Shown piece after piece: positions 22,244 to 31,627 of a stretch of DNA of 64,000 nucleotides (the stretch's first letter is position 1; each line of letters starts with the position of its first letter). The stretch spans positions 1 through 64,000 of the forward strand of contig JAXMOL010000020.1 in the NCBI GenBank assembly GCA_034669905.1. Direction: 5' to 3'. Source of the stretch: Candidatus Hydrogenedentota bacterium. GTDB lineage: Bacteria; Hydrogenedentota; Hydrogenedentia; Hydrogenedentales; JAEUWI01. A program made the position numbers and the translations under genes. The notes under the pieces were generated by a model that was not told the DNA's origin, did not search any database, and saw nothing but the letters and a program-made list of their open reading frames with translations.

Positions 22244-23419
22244 ATGATTGCGCGAAGAGTAGAGGAAGGGGTGCGTAATGCGCTACAGCGGCAGGCTGCG
22301 GTGGCGTTGGTTGGGCCCCGCCAAGTGGGCAAAACGACACTGGCCCATGCTATTGCGGAAGGCTCAGAATCCATCTATTTGGACTTGGAGACCCGTCGGG
22401 ATCGGGAGAAGCTTTCCGATCCGGTATTTTTCTTAAGCCAGTTTGAGGACCGTCTTGTTATTCTGGACGAGATTCATCGGGTACCCGAGCTTTTCCATGA
22501 ACTTCGTGGCATTATCGATGCGGGTCGCCGTACGGGCGCGCGAACGGGACGCTTTTTGCTGCTGGGGTCTGCCGCATTGGACCTGTTGCGACAAACCGGC
22601 GAAAGTCTTGCGGGGCGTATCGCCTACGTGGCTCAGGGGCCTTTCGATGTCCTGGAGGTGGGCATGGACGGGGAGGCCGCTACGCAGCTCTGGGTTCGTG
22701 GGGGATTCCCGGACAGCTTTCTCGCTCGGGATGACCACGAGAGCTTCGTATTGCGCCAGGACTTCATTCGGACCTACCTCGAACGGGATGTGCCCATGTT
22801 CGGTCCGCGCATTCCCGCAGAAACGTTGGAGCGAATGTGGACCATGCTTGCCCATAGTCAGGGTGCCTTGCTCAACGCGTCCCGCCTTGCGGTCAGCCTG
22901 GCGATGAGCGCCCAGACCGTTACACGCTACATCGATCTGCTCTGTGACTTGCTCCTTGTACGGCGCCTGGAGCCGTGGCACGGCAACCTCAATAAGCGGC
23001 TGGTCAAGTCGCCCAAGACGTATGTCCGCGACAGCGGACTTTTGCACGCGCTGCTCGGCATCGGGGACTTCAACGAACTGGCTGGCCATCCGGTCGTGGG
23101 CACGAGTTGGGAAGGTTTTGTAATAGAAAACCTGCTTGCTGTCGCCCCCGAGCGGACCCATGCCAGCTTCTACCGAACGGCTGCAGGCGCGGAAATTGAT
23201 CTGGTGTTGGAATTCCCCAGTGGCAAACGATGGGCTATCGAAGTCAAACTGGGGACCAGTCCTAAATGCGAGCGTGGCTTCTATCGCGCGCTGGAAGACC
23301 TGAAGCCTGAGAGGGCCATTGTGGTGTACTCCGGCGAGGACCGCTATTTCATGGCGGAGGGGATTGAGGCCATTGGACTGCGGGAAATGGCAGAGGTGTT
23401 GGGTGGACGTGATGGGTAA
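22244..23419 (+). CDS. AAA+ ATPase (AAA_14) with DUF4143 and C-terminal PD-(D/E)XK-like motif
   Basis: GPRQVGKTT, ILDEIH, LLGSA, SLAGR, RGGFP, KSPKTYVRDSGL and EIDLV...AIEVK. Confidence 0.92.
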   Translation: MIARRVEEGVRNALQRQAAVALVGPRQVGKTTLAHAIAEGSESIYLDLETRRDREKLSDPVFFLSQFEDRLVILDEIHRVPELFHELRGIIDAGRRTGARTGRFLLLGSAALDLLRQTGESLAGRIAYVAQGPFDVLEVGMDGEAATQLWVRGGFPDSFLARDDHESFVLRQDFIRTYLERDVPMFGPRIPAETLERMWTMLAHSQGALLNASRLAVSLAMSAQTVTRYIDLLCDLLLVRRLEPWHGNLNKRLVKSPKTYVRDSGLLHALLGIGDFNELAGHPVVGTSWEGFVIENLLAVAPERTHASFYRTAAGAEIDLVLEFPSGKRWAIEVKLGTSPKCERGFYRALEDLKPERAIVVYSGEDRYFMAEGIEAIGLREMAEVLGGRDG

Positions 23420-23452
23420 GGGTGTAGAGGTGTCTTAAGGGTGGGGCAGGTG

Positions 23453-23509
23453 GTCCACAACGTCCACCCTGTCCACAAGGCCCTCACGAACGATGTGGAC
23501 GATGTGGAC
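23453..23509. repeat. 9-bp-periodic GTCCAC/GTGGAC inverted element
   Basis: GTCCAC x3 followed by GTGGAC x2, each at 9-nt spacing. Confidence 0.75.
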
Positions 23510-23541
23510 GATATTTATCTTCCAACATCGCGTCAATGGTG

Positions 23542-23577
23542 ACATGGCACGGCCAAGAAAGACTTGCCGTGCCATGT
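23542..23577. repeat. REP-like hairpin between convergent genes
   Basis: ACATGGCACGGC...GCCGTGCCATGT, perfect 12-bp stem. Confidence 0.65.
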
Positions 23578-23621
23578 TGATTGAAATAGGCTACACCTCA
23601 CAAAAGGTGCAGTAATCCGAC

Positions 23622-24989
23622 TCACTCAATCGTCGGCAACAACACCTTCTGCACGGCCAAATTAATCAGCGGCTCAATTTTGGGGTCGACCCAGAGCCAG
23701 GTGTGGTGGTCGTTGAAGCTGTCTTCCGTGGCGGCGGCGGAAGGGGTGTAGCCGGGGGCGCTTTCGCCGTAGCCCGCAGTCATGACTTGCGCGTCGGGGC
23801 GCATGCCCTGGGCGGTGAGTTGGTATTGGACGAAGGTCTCGGCGGGGAGGAGTAAGAACACCGCTTTGCCGAGATCGAGGGCGCCTACGTCGATGGGGAT
23901 GCCGGCCTCGCAGCGCATGCGCCAGCTCAGTCCCATGGCGGCCAGGTTGCGCTTGAAGGTCTTCTGGGATTCGTCGCGCAGGGTGGCGTAGAGGTCTTCT
24001 TCGGTGAAGCCTTCGGAACTGCGGGGCGGTAGAAACAGGGGCGTAGTGCGGAAATCGGCCTGGGTGAGGGGGTGGCGCTCGGCGTTTTCGAAGGCGGACT
24101 TCATGCCGTCGTAGAGTTTCTTCGCGAGGACGGGGCGATTCTCCGGGCTGCCGTCGTTGAACTTGCCCGCCGTGACGTCGCCGCTGCATCCGGAAAAGTA
24201 AATCTGCTGGACGCCGGGCATGTCTTTTTCGCGCATGGAACGGGCCATGCCGGGGAAGTCGGCGGTGACGAAGCCTTTGCCATAGTGGCTCATGGGGTGG
24301 ACCGAGTAGCTGCTGAGCACGGCGATGGGCGTGTCGCCATTCCAGAAACTCAGGCTGCGGAGCCAGGGGTCCACGAGGTCAATGGGGAGGGCCTGGAGCT
24401 TTTCCGGGCTGGCGCTTCCCCGTCCAAAGTTGATGGTGCCGTCGGGGTGAACGGCGCGGCGGTTGGAGGTGACGTCTTTCACGATGGCGACGCCGGTGGC
24501 GTAGTGGGTGACGGGCTGGGCGTGGGGAAGGGCATCTCGCAGGGCCTGGGCCGTCTTTTGCACGGCTTCCTCATGGAATTCGGGAAACATGAGGGCTTTT
24601 TCGAGGCCCACTTCGTCGAGGAGCTTCTGGGCCGTGAGGTCGGCCACGGGGGCGTCGTGCTGGTGGATGGCGGAGAGCAGTACATGTTGGGGCGTCGTGC
24701 CGGCCGCCTCGGCGATAACTTCGCGCCAGCGGTTGTAGGCGTCGTTGCGGATTTCGCACCAGTCGATGGAGAGGAGCACGACGGGCTGTTCGCCGCCGAG
24801 GAGGACAACGCCCTTGGCGAAGAGGGGGTCGACGATTTCCTTGGCGGGTTCAATACCGCCGCCCATGCCGGGGTGTCCGATGGGCTCGGTGACGTCGGCC
24901 GTGAAGGTGGCGAGTGTGTATTGGGCGTGGGCCGTGGTGGCTGCGGTAATCAAGGTCAGAGCGACCAGGGCAAGGTGAATGGGTTTCAT
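23622..24989 (-). CDS. Secreted neutral/alkaline ceramidase-like metallohydrolase (hypothetical)
   Basis: Signal peptide MKPIHLALV...AHA; AIHQHDAP, YSVHPMS and GCSGDV motifs; start at ATG 24989, downstream of the repeat. Confidence 0.65.
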   Translation of the reverse strand: MKPIHLALVALTLITAATTAHAQYTLATFTADVTEPIGHPGMGGGIEPAKEIVDPLFAKGVVLLGGEQPVVLLSIDWCEIRNDAYNRWREVIAEAAGTTPQHVLLSAIHQHDAPVADLTAQKLLDEVGLEKALMFPEFHEEAVQKTAQALRDALPHAQPVTHYATGVAIVKDVTSNRRAVHPDGTINFGRGSASPEKLQALPIDLVDPWLRSLSFWNGDTPIAVLSSYSVHPMSHYGKGFVTADFPGMARSMREKDMPGVQQIYFSGCSGDVTAGKFNDGSPENRPVLAKKLYDGMKSAFENAERHPLTQADFRTTPLFLPPRSSEGFTEEDLYATLRDESQKTFKRNLAAMGLSWRMRCEAGIPIDVGALDLGKAVFLLLPAETFVQYQLTAQGMRPDAQVMTAGYGESAPGYTPSAAATEDSFNDHHTWLWVDPKIEPLINLAVQKVLLPTIE

Positions 24990-25008
24990 TGAGGCTGCCT
25001 TCCTGTCG

Positions 25009-25099
25009 TCTGTGGACTGGGTGGACGTTGTGGACGAGGTGGACAAATTTCATTGTCCACCTTGTCCACCTTGTCCACTTCGTCCACTTCGTCCACAGA
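25009..25099. repeat. 9-bp-periodic foldback element (GTGGAC x4 / GTCCAC x5)
   Basis: Ends TCTGTGGAC...GTCCACAGA are a perfect inverted pair. Confidence 0.9.
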
Positions 25100-25103
25100 G
25101 CGG

Positions 25104-27206
25104 TTAATCTGCGTTAACTACTTTCAAGGTAACATTGTGGAGTTTGTTCCCCATCATTTTCTTGGTGCCCGTGGGGTTGTGCACCGTGACCTGGCCGCTC
25201 ACGTCGAAGAGGCCGTTGTCGCTGCTGTCTTCGAGGAACTGGACGGCGGGGCGGTTGGCCCAGTCGTAGACTTCGCAATCCTGGAAGAGCACACCGCCGA
25301 AACGACCAGACAGGGCGGGGCGTCGGGCGTGGAGCAGGATGGGTACGCGGGGTCCGCCGTAGTCGCGGAAGGTGGAGACCCAGGGGTTGGCAAAGGTGCA
25401 GTCGCGGAAATTGATGTCCACACTGTTGGCGGAGACGTCAAAAATCTTCACGGCTTCCTTGCCCGTGTTTTCTGTGGTGCAGTTCACAAACTCGATGGTG
25501 CCCCGGGGGCCGTTGTCGTTGCAGGCGCCGACGGAGAAGCCCGCCCAGCCTTCTTGATCCATGTCGGTGAAATCGTCGAGGGTCATGCCGGGCTTACCCA
25601 TGCGAGCGACACAGTTCTCAAAGCGGATGCTGACCTCTTCGCTGTTGTGATCGAGGGGCTTGAGGTAAACAAGTACCTGGTGTCCCGAATTGTTTTCGAA
25701 GACACTGTTACGCACCACGCAGTTGACCATGCGCTGGTCCTGGCTGTCCGGCTCGAAATCGATACCGGCCGTGGGGGCCGTGCCGTGGGTGTTGGAGAAG
25801 ACGCTGTTTTCGATGAGGAGGTTCTGGGCGCTGATGACGCTCATGCCCTGACGGTGGTGGTCATCGCAGACCACATTGCGGATGACCGTGTCTTCTGCCC
25901 AACGCCGTTGGCCGCCGCCGTCGATGTAGATGCCGTCGCCGCCGGAGCTTTCGACCCGTACACCTTCCACGAGCACATTCTTACAGCCCATGAGGCGGAT
26001 ACCCATGCGCCATTCGGCGGGCACGTAGGGTGGCTTCTGGTAGTCCTGCTTCCACATGCGCAACGTGGCACCGTAGCCGATGATCTTAAGGTTTTCGGCA
26101 CCGTGGGCGGAGAGGAGGGAATCGCCGCCGCCAAGGAATTCACCGCGCTTGGCGAGGAGCAAGACGCCTGGCTCGAAGAAGAGTTCCAGATCGCTGCGGA
26201 GGGTAAGGGGCCGGGTGATCCAGGGTTTGCCGACGAAGGGCACGACCACTTTCTTGGCGCCCGAGTCGATAGCGGCCTGGAGGATGTCGGTGGCGTCTTC
26301 TTCGTCAAAGCCCCACCAGGCGGCGTTGGCGAAATCCTTTGCACCATTTTCCAGGGCCGCGATGGCTTCCGGGTTGGCGGCGTTGCGTGCGCGCTTTCCG
26401 AAGTCTTCGATGGGGAGCAAATCAACGCGGCGCACGAAGAGTTCGGCGTACTCCGATTGAATCTGAATCTGTCCGCTGTCCGGCGTGGTGGCGGTACTGC
26501 CGTTGACCTTGATGCCGTTCAGGTAGGTGGTGATTTTGCCGCCATCGACCGTGACCTCCAGGGTGTTCCATTCGCCGACGGGATTCTCCACATCGTGCTC
26601 GCCGCGGAAGCCCAGGGTGTCTTCCCAATCGGGGGAGCGGCCCCACCAGTTAATACGGCCGCCGTTAATGGTGGCTTCCTGGCCCTTTTCGCTGAAGACG
26701 TAGCTGCTGCCCTGTTTCTCTTTGGCCACCGTGGTCGTGAGGGAGTAGGTGTCCTTTCCATCGCCGACGACGATAAAGTCGCCCGTGCCGCCTTCGATCA
26801 TCTGGACTTCGATAGAGTGTTTCCAGATCCCGCCATAGCCACCATCTTCTCCAACGGAGTGTACGAGCAGTCCGCTATCCAGGGTCTTCTTGTCCCGGGG
26901 GGGCCAGGCCTTTTCGCCCCACTTGAACTCCAACACGATCTTATAGCGGTCAAAGGAATCGTGGGTGGTGATGCAGCCGAGGTGTTGTCCGGTGATGTGA
27001 ATCATGCCATCTTTCACCGAGAAGACCTTGTCCGGGTCATTGTTGGCACCGAATTCCTTCAGGTAGACATAGAAATTACTCAGGTCTTTCCCGTTGAAGA
27101 GTTTGATGGGCTCGGTGACCTGTCGAATGTCGGCCGCCTGCACGAGGGCGCTGACGCCGAGGAGTCCGGCCAGGAGACTGGCGCGTAAAAACGTGGGGTA
27201 ATGCAT
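25104..27206 (-). CDS. Secreted DUF1080 (3-keto-glycoside hydrolase-like) + right-handed beta-helix protein
   Basis: Signal peptide; LFNGKDL, DSGLL, EVQM, GEWN and GQIQIQSE (DUF1080); GDGIYI and GIDFEP beta-helix repeats. Confidence 0.85.
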   Translation of the reverse strand: MHYPTFLRASLLAGLLGVSALVQAADIRQVTEPIKLFNGKDLSNFYVYLKEFGANNDPDKVFSVKDGMIHITGQHLGCITTHDSFDRYKIVLEFKWGEKAWPPRDKKTLDSGLLVHSVGEDGGYGGIWKHSIEVQMIEGGTGDFIVVGDGKDTYSLTTTVAKEKQGSSYVFSEKGQEATINGGRINWWGRSPDWEDTLGFRGEHDVENPVGEWNTLEVTVDGGKITTYLNGIKVNGSTATTPDSGQIQIQSEYAELFVRRVDLLPIEDFGKRARNAANPEAIAALENGAKDFANAAWWGFDEEDATDILQAAIDSGAKKVVVPFVGKPWITRPLTLRSDLELFFEPGVLLLAKRGEFLGGGDSLLSAHGAENLKIIGYGATLRMWKQDYQKPPYVPAEWRMGIRLMGCKNVLVEGVRVESSGGDGIYIDGGGQRRWAEDTVIRNVVCDDHHRQGMSVISAQNLLIENSVFSNTHGTAPTAGIDFEPDSQDQRMVNCVVRNSVFENNSGHQVLVYLKPLDHNSEEVSIRFENCVARMGKPGMTLDDFTDMDQEGWAGFSVGACNDNGPRGTIEFVNCTTENTGKEAVKIFDVSANSVDINFRDCTFANPWVSTFRDYGGPRVPILLHARRPALSGRFGGVLFQDCEVYDWANRPAVQFLEDSSDNGLFDVSGQVTVHNPTGTKKMMGNKLHNVTLKVVNAD

Positions 27207-27522
27207 TGTGTGGTATTCCTCATCCTTGCGTTTCTGCCTCCCGATCCGTGAAGGCAACAGCCTTTGATTATGCGTTTTGACGTCGAAGGGGGCAAGTACT
27301 ATTTTTGCGTTATGTTTGGCGCACCTCGGGGGCATGTGTGCGGGAGGGGGCGAGCAAGACAATGGAAGGTGATTATGCTACTATGGCGACCTTGATACAA
27401 CCGTTTGTGTCGTCACGTGTTCCTCTGTCTCCCGGTCCCACCTGTATCCAATACAAGGTGGGTTCGTGCCGTGACAGGCGGGTTCGTGATACTTACAGGA
27501 AGTCTAGTCGGGCTGAGGAAAG

Positions 27523-30500
27523 ATGTTTATGTTAGTACGATTCGTTTTTAGCGTAGGATTGGTTGCGGGGCTGGTGGCCCCGGGTGTTGCCGAAGAAACC
27601 CCGGCCACGGGGTTGGCCTCTATCGCTGTGCCCGACGGCTTCACGGTGGAGTCGGCGATTACGCCGGGCCTTTCTTCGTATCCCATGTTTATGGAGCTGG
27701 ACGAAGCGGGCAATCTCTACACGGCAGAGTCTACGGGCGCGGATGGCAAGGCCAAAGAGCACATCGAACATCCGACCTATATGATCCTGCGCCTGAGCGA
27801 CAGCGACAGCGATGGGGTATACGACACGAAGACGGTGTTCGCCGACGCCCTTTCCTTTCCCATGGGCGTGTTGTGGCACCAGGGCTCCGTGTATGTCGCT
27901 TCCCCGCCCGACTTCATTCGCCTGAAAGACACGACCGGTGATGGCGTCGCCGACGAGCGGGAAGTCCTCCTGACGGGTTGGAACATGTTCAACTCCGCCA
28001 GTCTGCACGGACCCTTCCTCGGCCCCGATGGCTGGCTCTATCTGACCCACGGTCGCCACGGCTATGACATCACGAGTAAAGAAGGGGTGCACTACGAAGG
28101 GCTTGCGTCTCGCATCTGGCGCTGTCGGCCCGACGGCACTCAGCTCGAACGGGTTGCCGGTGGTGCCTTTGACAATCCCGTGGAAATCACCTTTACCGAC
28201 GCCGGTGAAACGCTGGGCACCATGACCTATTTCCGCGACCCCGCCCAGGGGCAGCGTGACGCCCTGATGCACTGGGTTGAAGGCGGCGTATTTCCCAAGC
28301 CCGGCGCAAGCACGTCCGAGTTCGTGCGCTCCGGCCCGCTGATGCCGACCATGACCAAGTTTGCGCGTATCGCACCGGCCGGTCTCATGCGCTACCAGGG
28401 CGCGCAGTGGGGCGAAGGGTTTACCGACAACCTTTTCAGCGCCCAATTCAATCCCCACCGGGTGCAACGCCACCTGCTGATTCGTGAAGGCGCGACCTTC
28501 CGCACAGAAGACAGCGATTTCCTTACCTCCTCTCACCCCGACTTTCACCCGACCGACGTGATGCAGGATGCCGACGGCAGCTTGCTGGTATGTGACACGG
28601 GCGGTTGGTATGTCGATGCCTGCCCCGTTTCCCGGATTTCCAAGCCCGAGTCCGTCGGTGGCATCTATCGGATTCGCAAGACCGATGCGCCGGCCGTGGA
28701 AGATGCGTGGGCCAAAGGCGTCGATTTTTCGGGCCGGTCCGTGGAGGCCCTGATTCCCCTGTTGGCGGATGAACGGCCCCAGGCCCAGCGACAGGCCATC
28801 AGCCAGCTCTTGCAGCGGGGTGATGATGCCCTCGCGCCCTTGCGCGATGCCGTAGAGCATCATACGTCCGCCGATGTACGGCGCAATGCCTGCTGGATTC
28901 TCGGTCAATTGGGCGGAGAAGAAGGTCGTGCGGGTGTGCGCAGTGCGCTGAACGATGCCGATTTTGAAGTGCGTGTTGCTGCGGCGCGGATGTGTGGCAT
29001 GGAAGGGGACCGGCAGGCCATTCCGGCCCTGAGCGCCTTGCTCTTCGACCCGGAAGCGGCGGTACGTCGTCAGGCGGCCACCAGTATCGGGCGACTCAAT
29101 GGCATTGAAGCGGCCTACATGCTCTACATGGCCGCCGCCTACGCGGTAGACCCCCACGAAGCCCACGCCATTGTGTACGCCGCCATTCAGTTGAAGATGG
29201 ATAAGGTGGCGCGTCTGGTCTTGAATCACACCCACCCGTCTGTACGTCGGGCGGCGGCTATCAGCCTGGACCAGATGGAAGGCGATCACCTGACCGTCGA
29301 AGACGTGTTGCCCTTGTTGGCGTCGGAAGACGAAACCCTCCGCGAGACGGGACTCTGGATTGCGTCGCGTCACACGGACTGGTCCGAAGCGCTTCTGGCT
29401 CAGATGATGGGTCGTTTTACCCAGGATGGTTTCGATGTGGAAGACGCCGATGGCCTGCGGGAAATTCTGTTGGCCTACTCGGGTTCGGCGGAAGCCCAGG
29501 CCCAGATAGCGGCCCTCCTGGTGGACGGTGCGCTGGACGTTCCGCGGCGCGGTTTCCTGCTGGACATCGTGGAAAAGGCCCCCCTCGATAAGTTGCCGGA
29601 TGCCTGGGCAGCGGCCCTCGGTACCTTGCTGGCCGAGGGGCCCGACGCCCTTCGTTGGCCCGCAGTCGCCCTGGTCCAAAGCCGTGGCCTCGCCCAACAC
29701 GATGCCCTGCTCTTGCAGCAGGCCGCCGATGCCAACCTCGACCTTGCCTACCGACTTCAGGCCCTCGCAGCTATTGCCAGCCGCCTGGAAGTGCTGGACG
29801 ACGCATCGGCCGCGCTCGTGGTCGAAGTGTTGAAGAATAAAGACAGCGCCCCGGCCCTTCGTCAGACGGCGGGACGTATCTGCGCGGCGGCACCGCTCAG
29901 CGAAACGACGCTCCTGGCCCTGGCCAATGAAGTGATTCCCCAGGCGGACGTCTTGACCTTGCCGGCCCTCTTGCGCGCCTTCGCCGGGAAAGAATCCGAA
30001 GGGGTTGGACAGGCCCTGGTCGCCGGATTGAAGAGTCCCGCCATTCCGCCCCATATGCTTAGCCCCACGACCCTGGAACCGGTGCTGGCCGGCTTCTCCG
30101 ACGGCGTGAAAACCGCAGCCGAGCCCCTCATGGCCCAGCAGAAAGCGGAAGAGGAAGCCCGGGTCGCCAAGTTGCTCGAACTGGAGCCTGTGGTCACTTC
30201 GGGTGATGTGGGCCGTGGTCGTCGCATCTTCTTTGGTGACAAGGTCGCATGCTACACCTGCCACGCCATTGGTGACGAAGGCGGGAATCTCGGTCCTGAT
30301 CTCACGACCGTAGGCCTGATTCGTTCGGGCCACGATCTCGTGGAATCGGTGCTCTTCCCGAGTGCCAGCCTCGTGCAGGATTTCGAGACCTACGTGATCG
30401 AGACCGAATGGGAAACCTTTGATGGGGTGATTGCCCGTCAGGATGCGGACAGCATCACCTTGCGCACCGGCGTGGGCGAAGAATCCCACATCAACCGGGA

Positions 30501-30651
30501 TGAGATTGTCTCCATGACCCTCACGCCCATCTCCAAAATGCCCGAAGGACTGGACACAGCCCTGACCCGGGAAGAGTTGGTGGACCTGCTGACCTTCCTC
30601 ATGTCGCTGAATAATGACGCATGGCTGATTCCGGGGGGACGGGAAGAGTAA
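27523..30651 (+). CDS. PVC-type membrane-bound dehydrogenase / heme-binding CxxCH protein with HEAT repeats
   Basis: Beta-propeller (GPDGWLY), HEAT repeats (DADFEVRVAAA), CYTCH...GPDLT...SKMPEGL. Confidence 0.9.
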   Translation: MFMLVRFVFSVGLVAGLVAPGVAEETPATGLASIAVPDGFTVESAITPGLSSYPMFMELDEAGNLYTAESTGADGKAKEHIEHPTYMILRLSDSDSDGVYDTKTVFADALSFPMGVLWHQGSVYVASPPDFIRLKDTTGDGVADEREVLLTGWNMFNSASLHGPFLGPDGWLYLTHGRHGYDITSKEGVHYEGLASRIWRCRPDGTQLERVAGGAFDNPVEITFTDAGETLGTMTYFRDPAQGQRDALMHWVEGGVFPKPGASTSEFVRSGPLMPTMTKFARIAPAGLMRYQGAQWGEGFTDNLFSAQFNPHRVQRHLLIREGATFRTEDSDFLTSSHPDFHPTDVMQDADGSLLVCDTGGWYVDACPVSRISKPESVGGIYRIRKTDAPAVEDAWAKGVDFSGRSVEALIPLLADERPQAQRQAISQLLQRGDDALAPLRDAVEHHTSADVRRNACWILGQLGGEEGRAGVRSALNDADFEVRVAAARMCGMEGDRQAIPALSALLFDPEAAVRRQAATSIGRLNGIEAAYMLYMAAAYAVDPHEAHAIVYAAIQLKMDKVARLVLNHTHPSVRRAAAISLDQMEGDHLTVEDVLPLLASEDETLRETGLWIASRHTDWSEALLAQMMGRFTQDGFDVEDADGLREILLAYSGSAEAQAQIAALLVDGALDVPRRGFLLDIVEKAPLDKLPDAWAAALGTLLAEGPDALRWPAVALVQSRGLAQHDALLLQQAADANLDLAYRLQALAAIASRLEVLDDASAALVVEVLKNKDSAPALRQTAGRICAAAPLSETTLLALANEVIPQADVLTLPALLRAFAGKESEGVGQALVAGLKSPAIPPHMLSPTTLEPVLAGFSDGVKTAAEPLMAQQKAEEEARVAKLLELEPVVTSGDVGRGRRIFFGDKVACYTCHAIGDEGGNLGPDLTTVGLIRSGHDLVESVLFPSASLVQDFETYVIETEWETFDGVIARQDADSITLRTGVGEESHINRDEIVSMTLTPISKMPEGLDTALTREELVDLLTFLMSLNNDAWLIPGGREE

Positions 30652-30680
30652 GGGAAACCCCTTGCGAACTACTTGTTGGC

Positions 30681-30760
30681 TCTGTGGACAAGGTGGACGT
30701 TGTGGACTTGGTGGACTTTTAATTCAGTCCACCTCGTCTGCCCAGTCCACTTTGTCCACA
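30681..30760. repeat. 9-bp-periodic foldback element (GTGGAC x4 / GTCCAC-type x4)
   Basis: TCTGTGGAC left end; the right arm overlaps the methyltransferase stop codon. Confidence 0.85.
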
Positions 30761-31443
30761 TTTTTGTGGGCATGGCTATGCTTTTTCTTAAGCACGATGT
30801 ACTGAAACAATCCCCAACCCGGCTCACGGAATCCCAGCCGGTCAATGCAATTCACCAACCCCTCCGGTCCTGCGGGGAATGCCAGAAACTTTTGATGGGC
30901 TACCACATCGAAAGCATCCTCTGCGAGGGCAGCCGTCTCTGCGAAGTTGAGAAACTTATGGGGGCCTTCGGGGAGTTTTAATTTCAGTCGCTCCAACAGG
31001 TCCAAGAGCCATTCCACATCGCCGTTGGGGGTGATGGAGAGAAAAAGGCCGCCGGGTTTCAGGATTCGGGCGACCTCCGCTACCAATGCCTTTGGGTCGG
31101 GCACATGTTCGAGGACGTTGATGGTATAGACGCCGTCGAAACTGCCCGATGCGTAGGGCAGTTGTTGGCCATCGGCGTTCACGCGGGGCGCATCGGGTGC
31201 TGCGTTGCGCGCGGCGAGCATGGGGAAGGACATGTCACAGGCAACCGCAAAGGGCGCATTGAGCACAGCGAGGGTGGGACTGGAACCCGCGCCGAGTTCC
31301 AGGACGTGGGTGCAATCCGCGAGGGTGCGGCGTACGAGGGATTCGTAGGCCCGTTTGCAGGCGGGATTGGCCTTGTCGTCATAGCTTTGGGCCAATTCGG
31401 CGTAGTGGGCCTTGACGGTATCGGTGCTGTGTTCGGTGGTCAC
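30724..31443 (-). CDS. Class I SAM-dependent methyltransferase
   Basis: VLELGAGS, ADGQQLPY, FDGVY, VLEHV and RILKPGG; GTG start at 31443. Confidence 0.88.
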   Translation of the reverse strand: MTTEHSTDTVKAHYAELAQSYDDKANPACKRAYESLVRRTLADCTHVLELGAGSSPTLAVLNAPFAVACDMSFPMLAARNAAPDAPRVNADGQQLPYASGSFDGVYTINVLEHVPDPKALVAEVARILKPGGLFLSITPNGDVEWLLDLLERLKLKLPEGPHKFLNFAETAALAEDAFDVVAHQKFLAFPAGPEGLVNCIDRLGFREPGWGLFQYIVLKKKHSHAHKNVDKVDWADEVD

Positions 31444-31511
31444 GATTGATTCCCTAGCTGTACCGGCAGTATGTGTCGATGCAACGTAACGATGCAAACC
31501 CCGCGTCAATT

Positions 31512-31626
31512 AGGGACTGCCGGGACAGCCTCGCGCATCAGTGGGCCTGTTGACTTTACAAGGCCATCGTTAAATTCGAACTGGCTTTCGTTGCCCACAG
31601 AAAGCGGGTGCGCGAAGGCAGTCCCT
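31512..31626. repeat. Inverted-repeat-bounded REPIN/MITE-like element
   Basis: AGGGACTGCC...GGCAGTCCCT ends plus inner TCGCGCA/TGCGCGA. Confidence 0.65.
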
Positions 31627-31627
31627 G

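Noticed and set aside
25000..25100. ORF-track N-terminal extensions MSTSSTTSTQST (23622..25046) and MSTLSTLSTSSTSST (25053..)
   Set aside because: They are translations of the foldback repeat. The real gene starts at the signal-peptide Met at 24989.
27532..30489. 985-aa minus-strand ORF (likewise 25053..27188, 38593..40536, 14797..16287)
   Set aside because: In-register antisense shadows of well-supported genes, with no family motifs.
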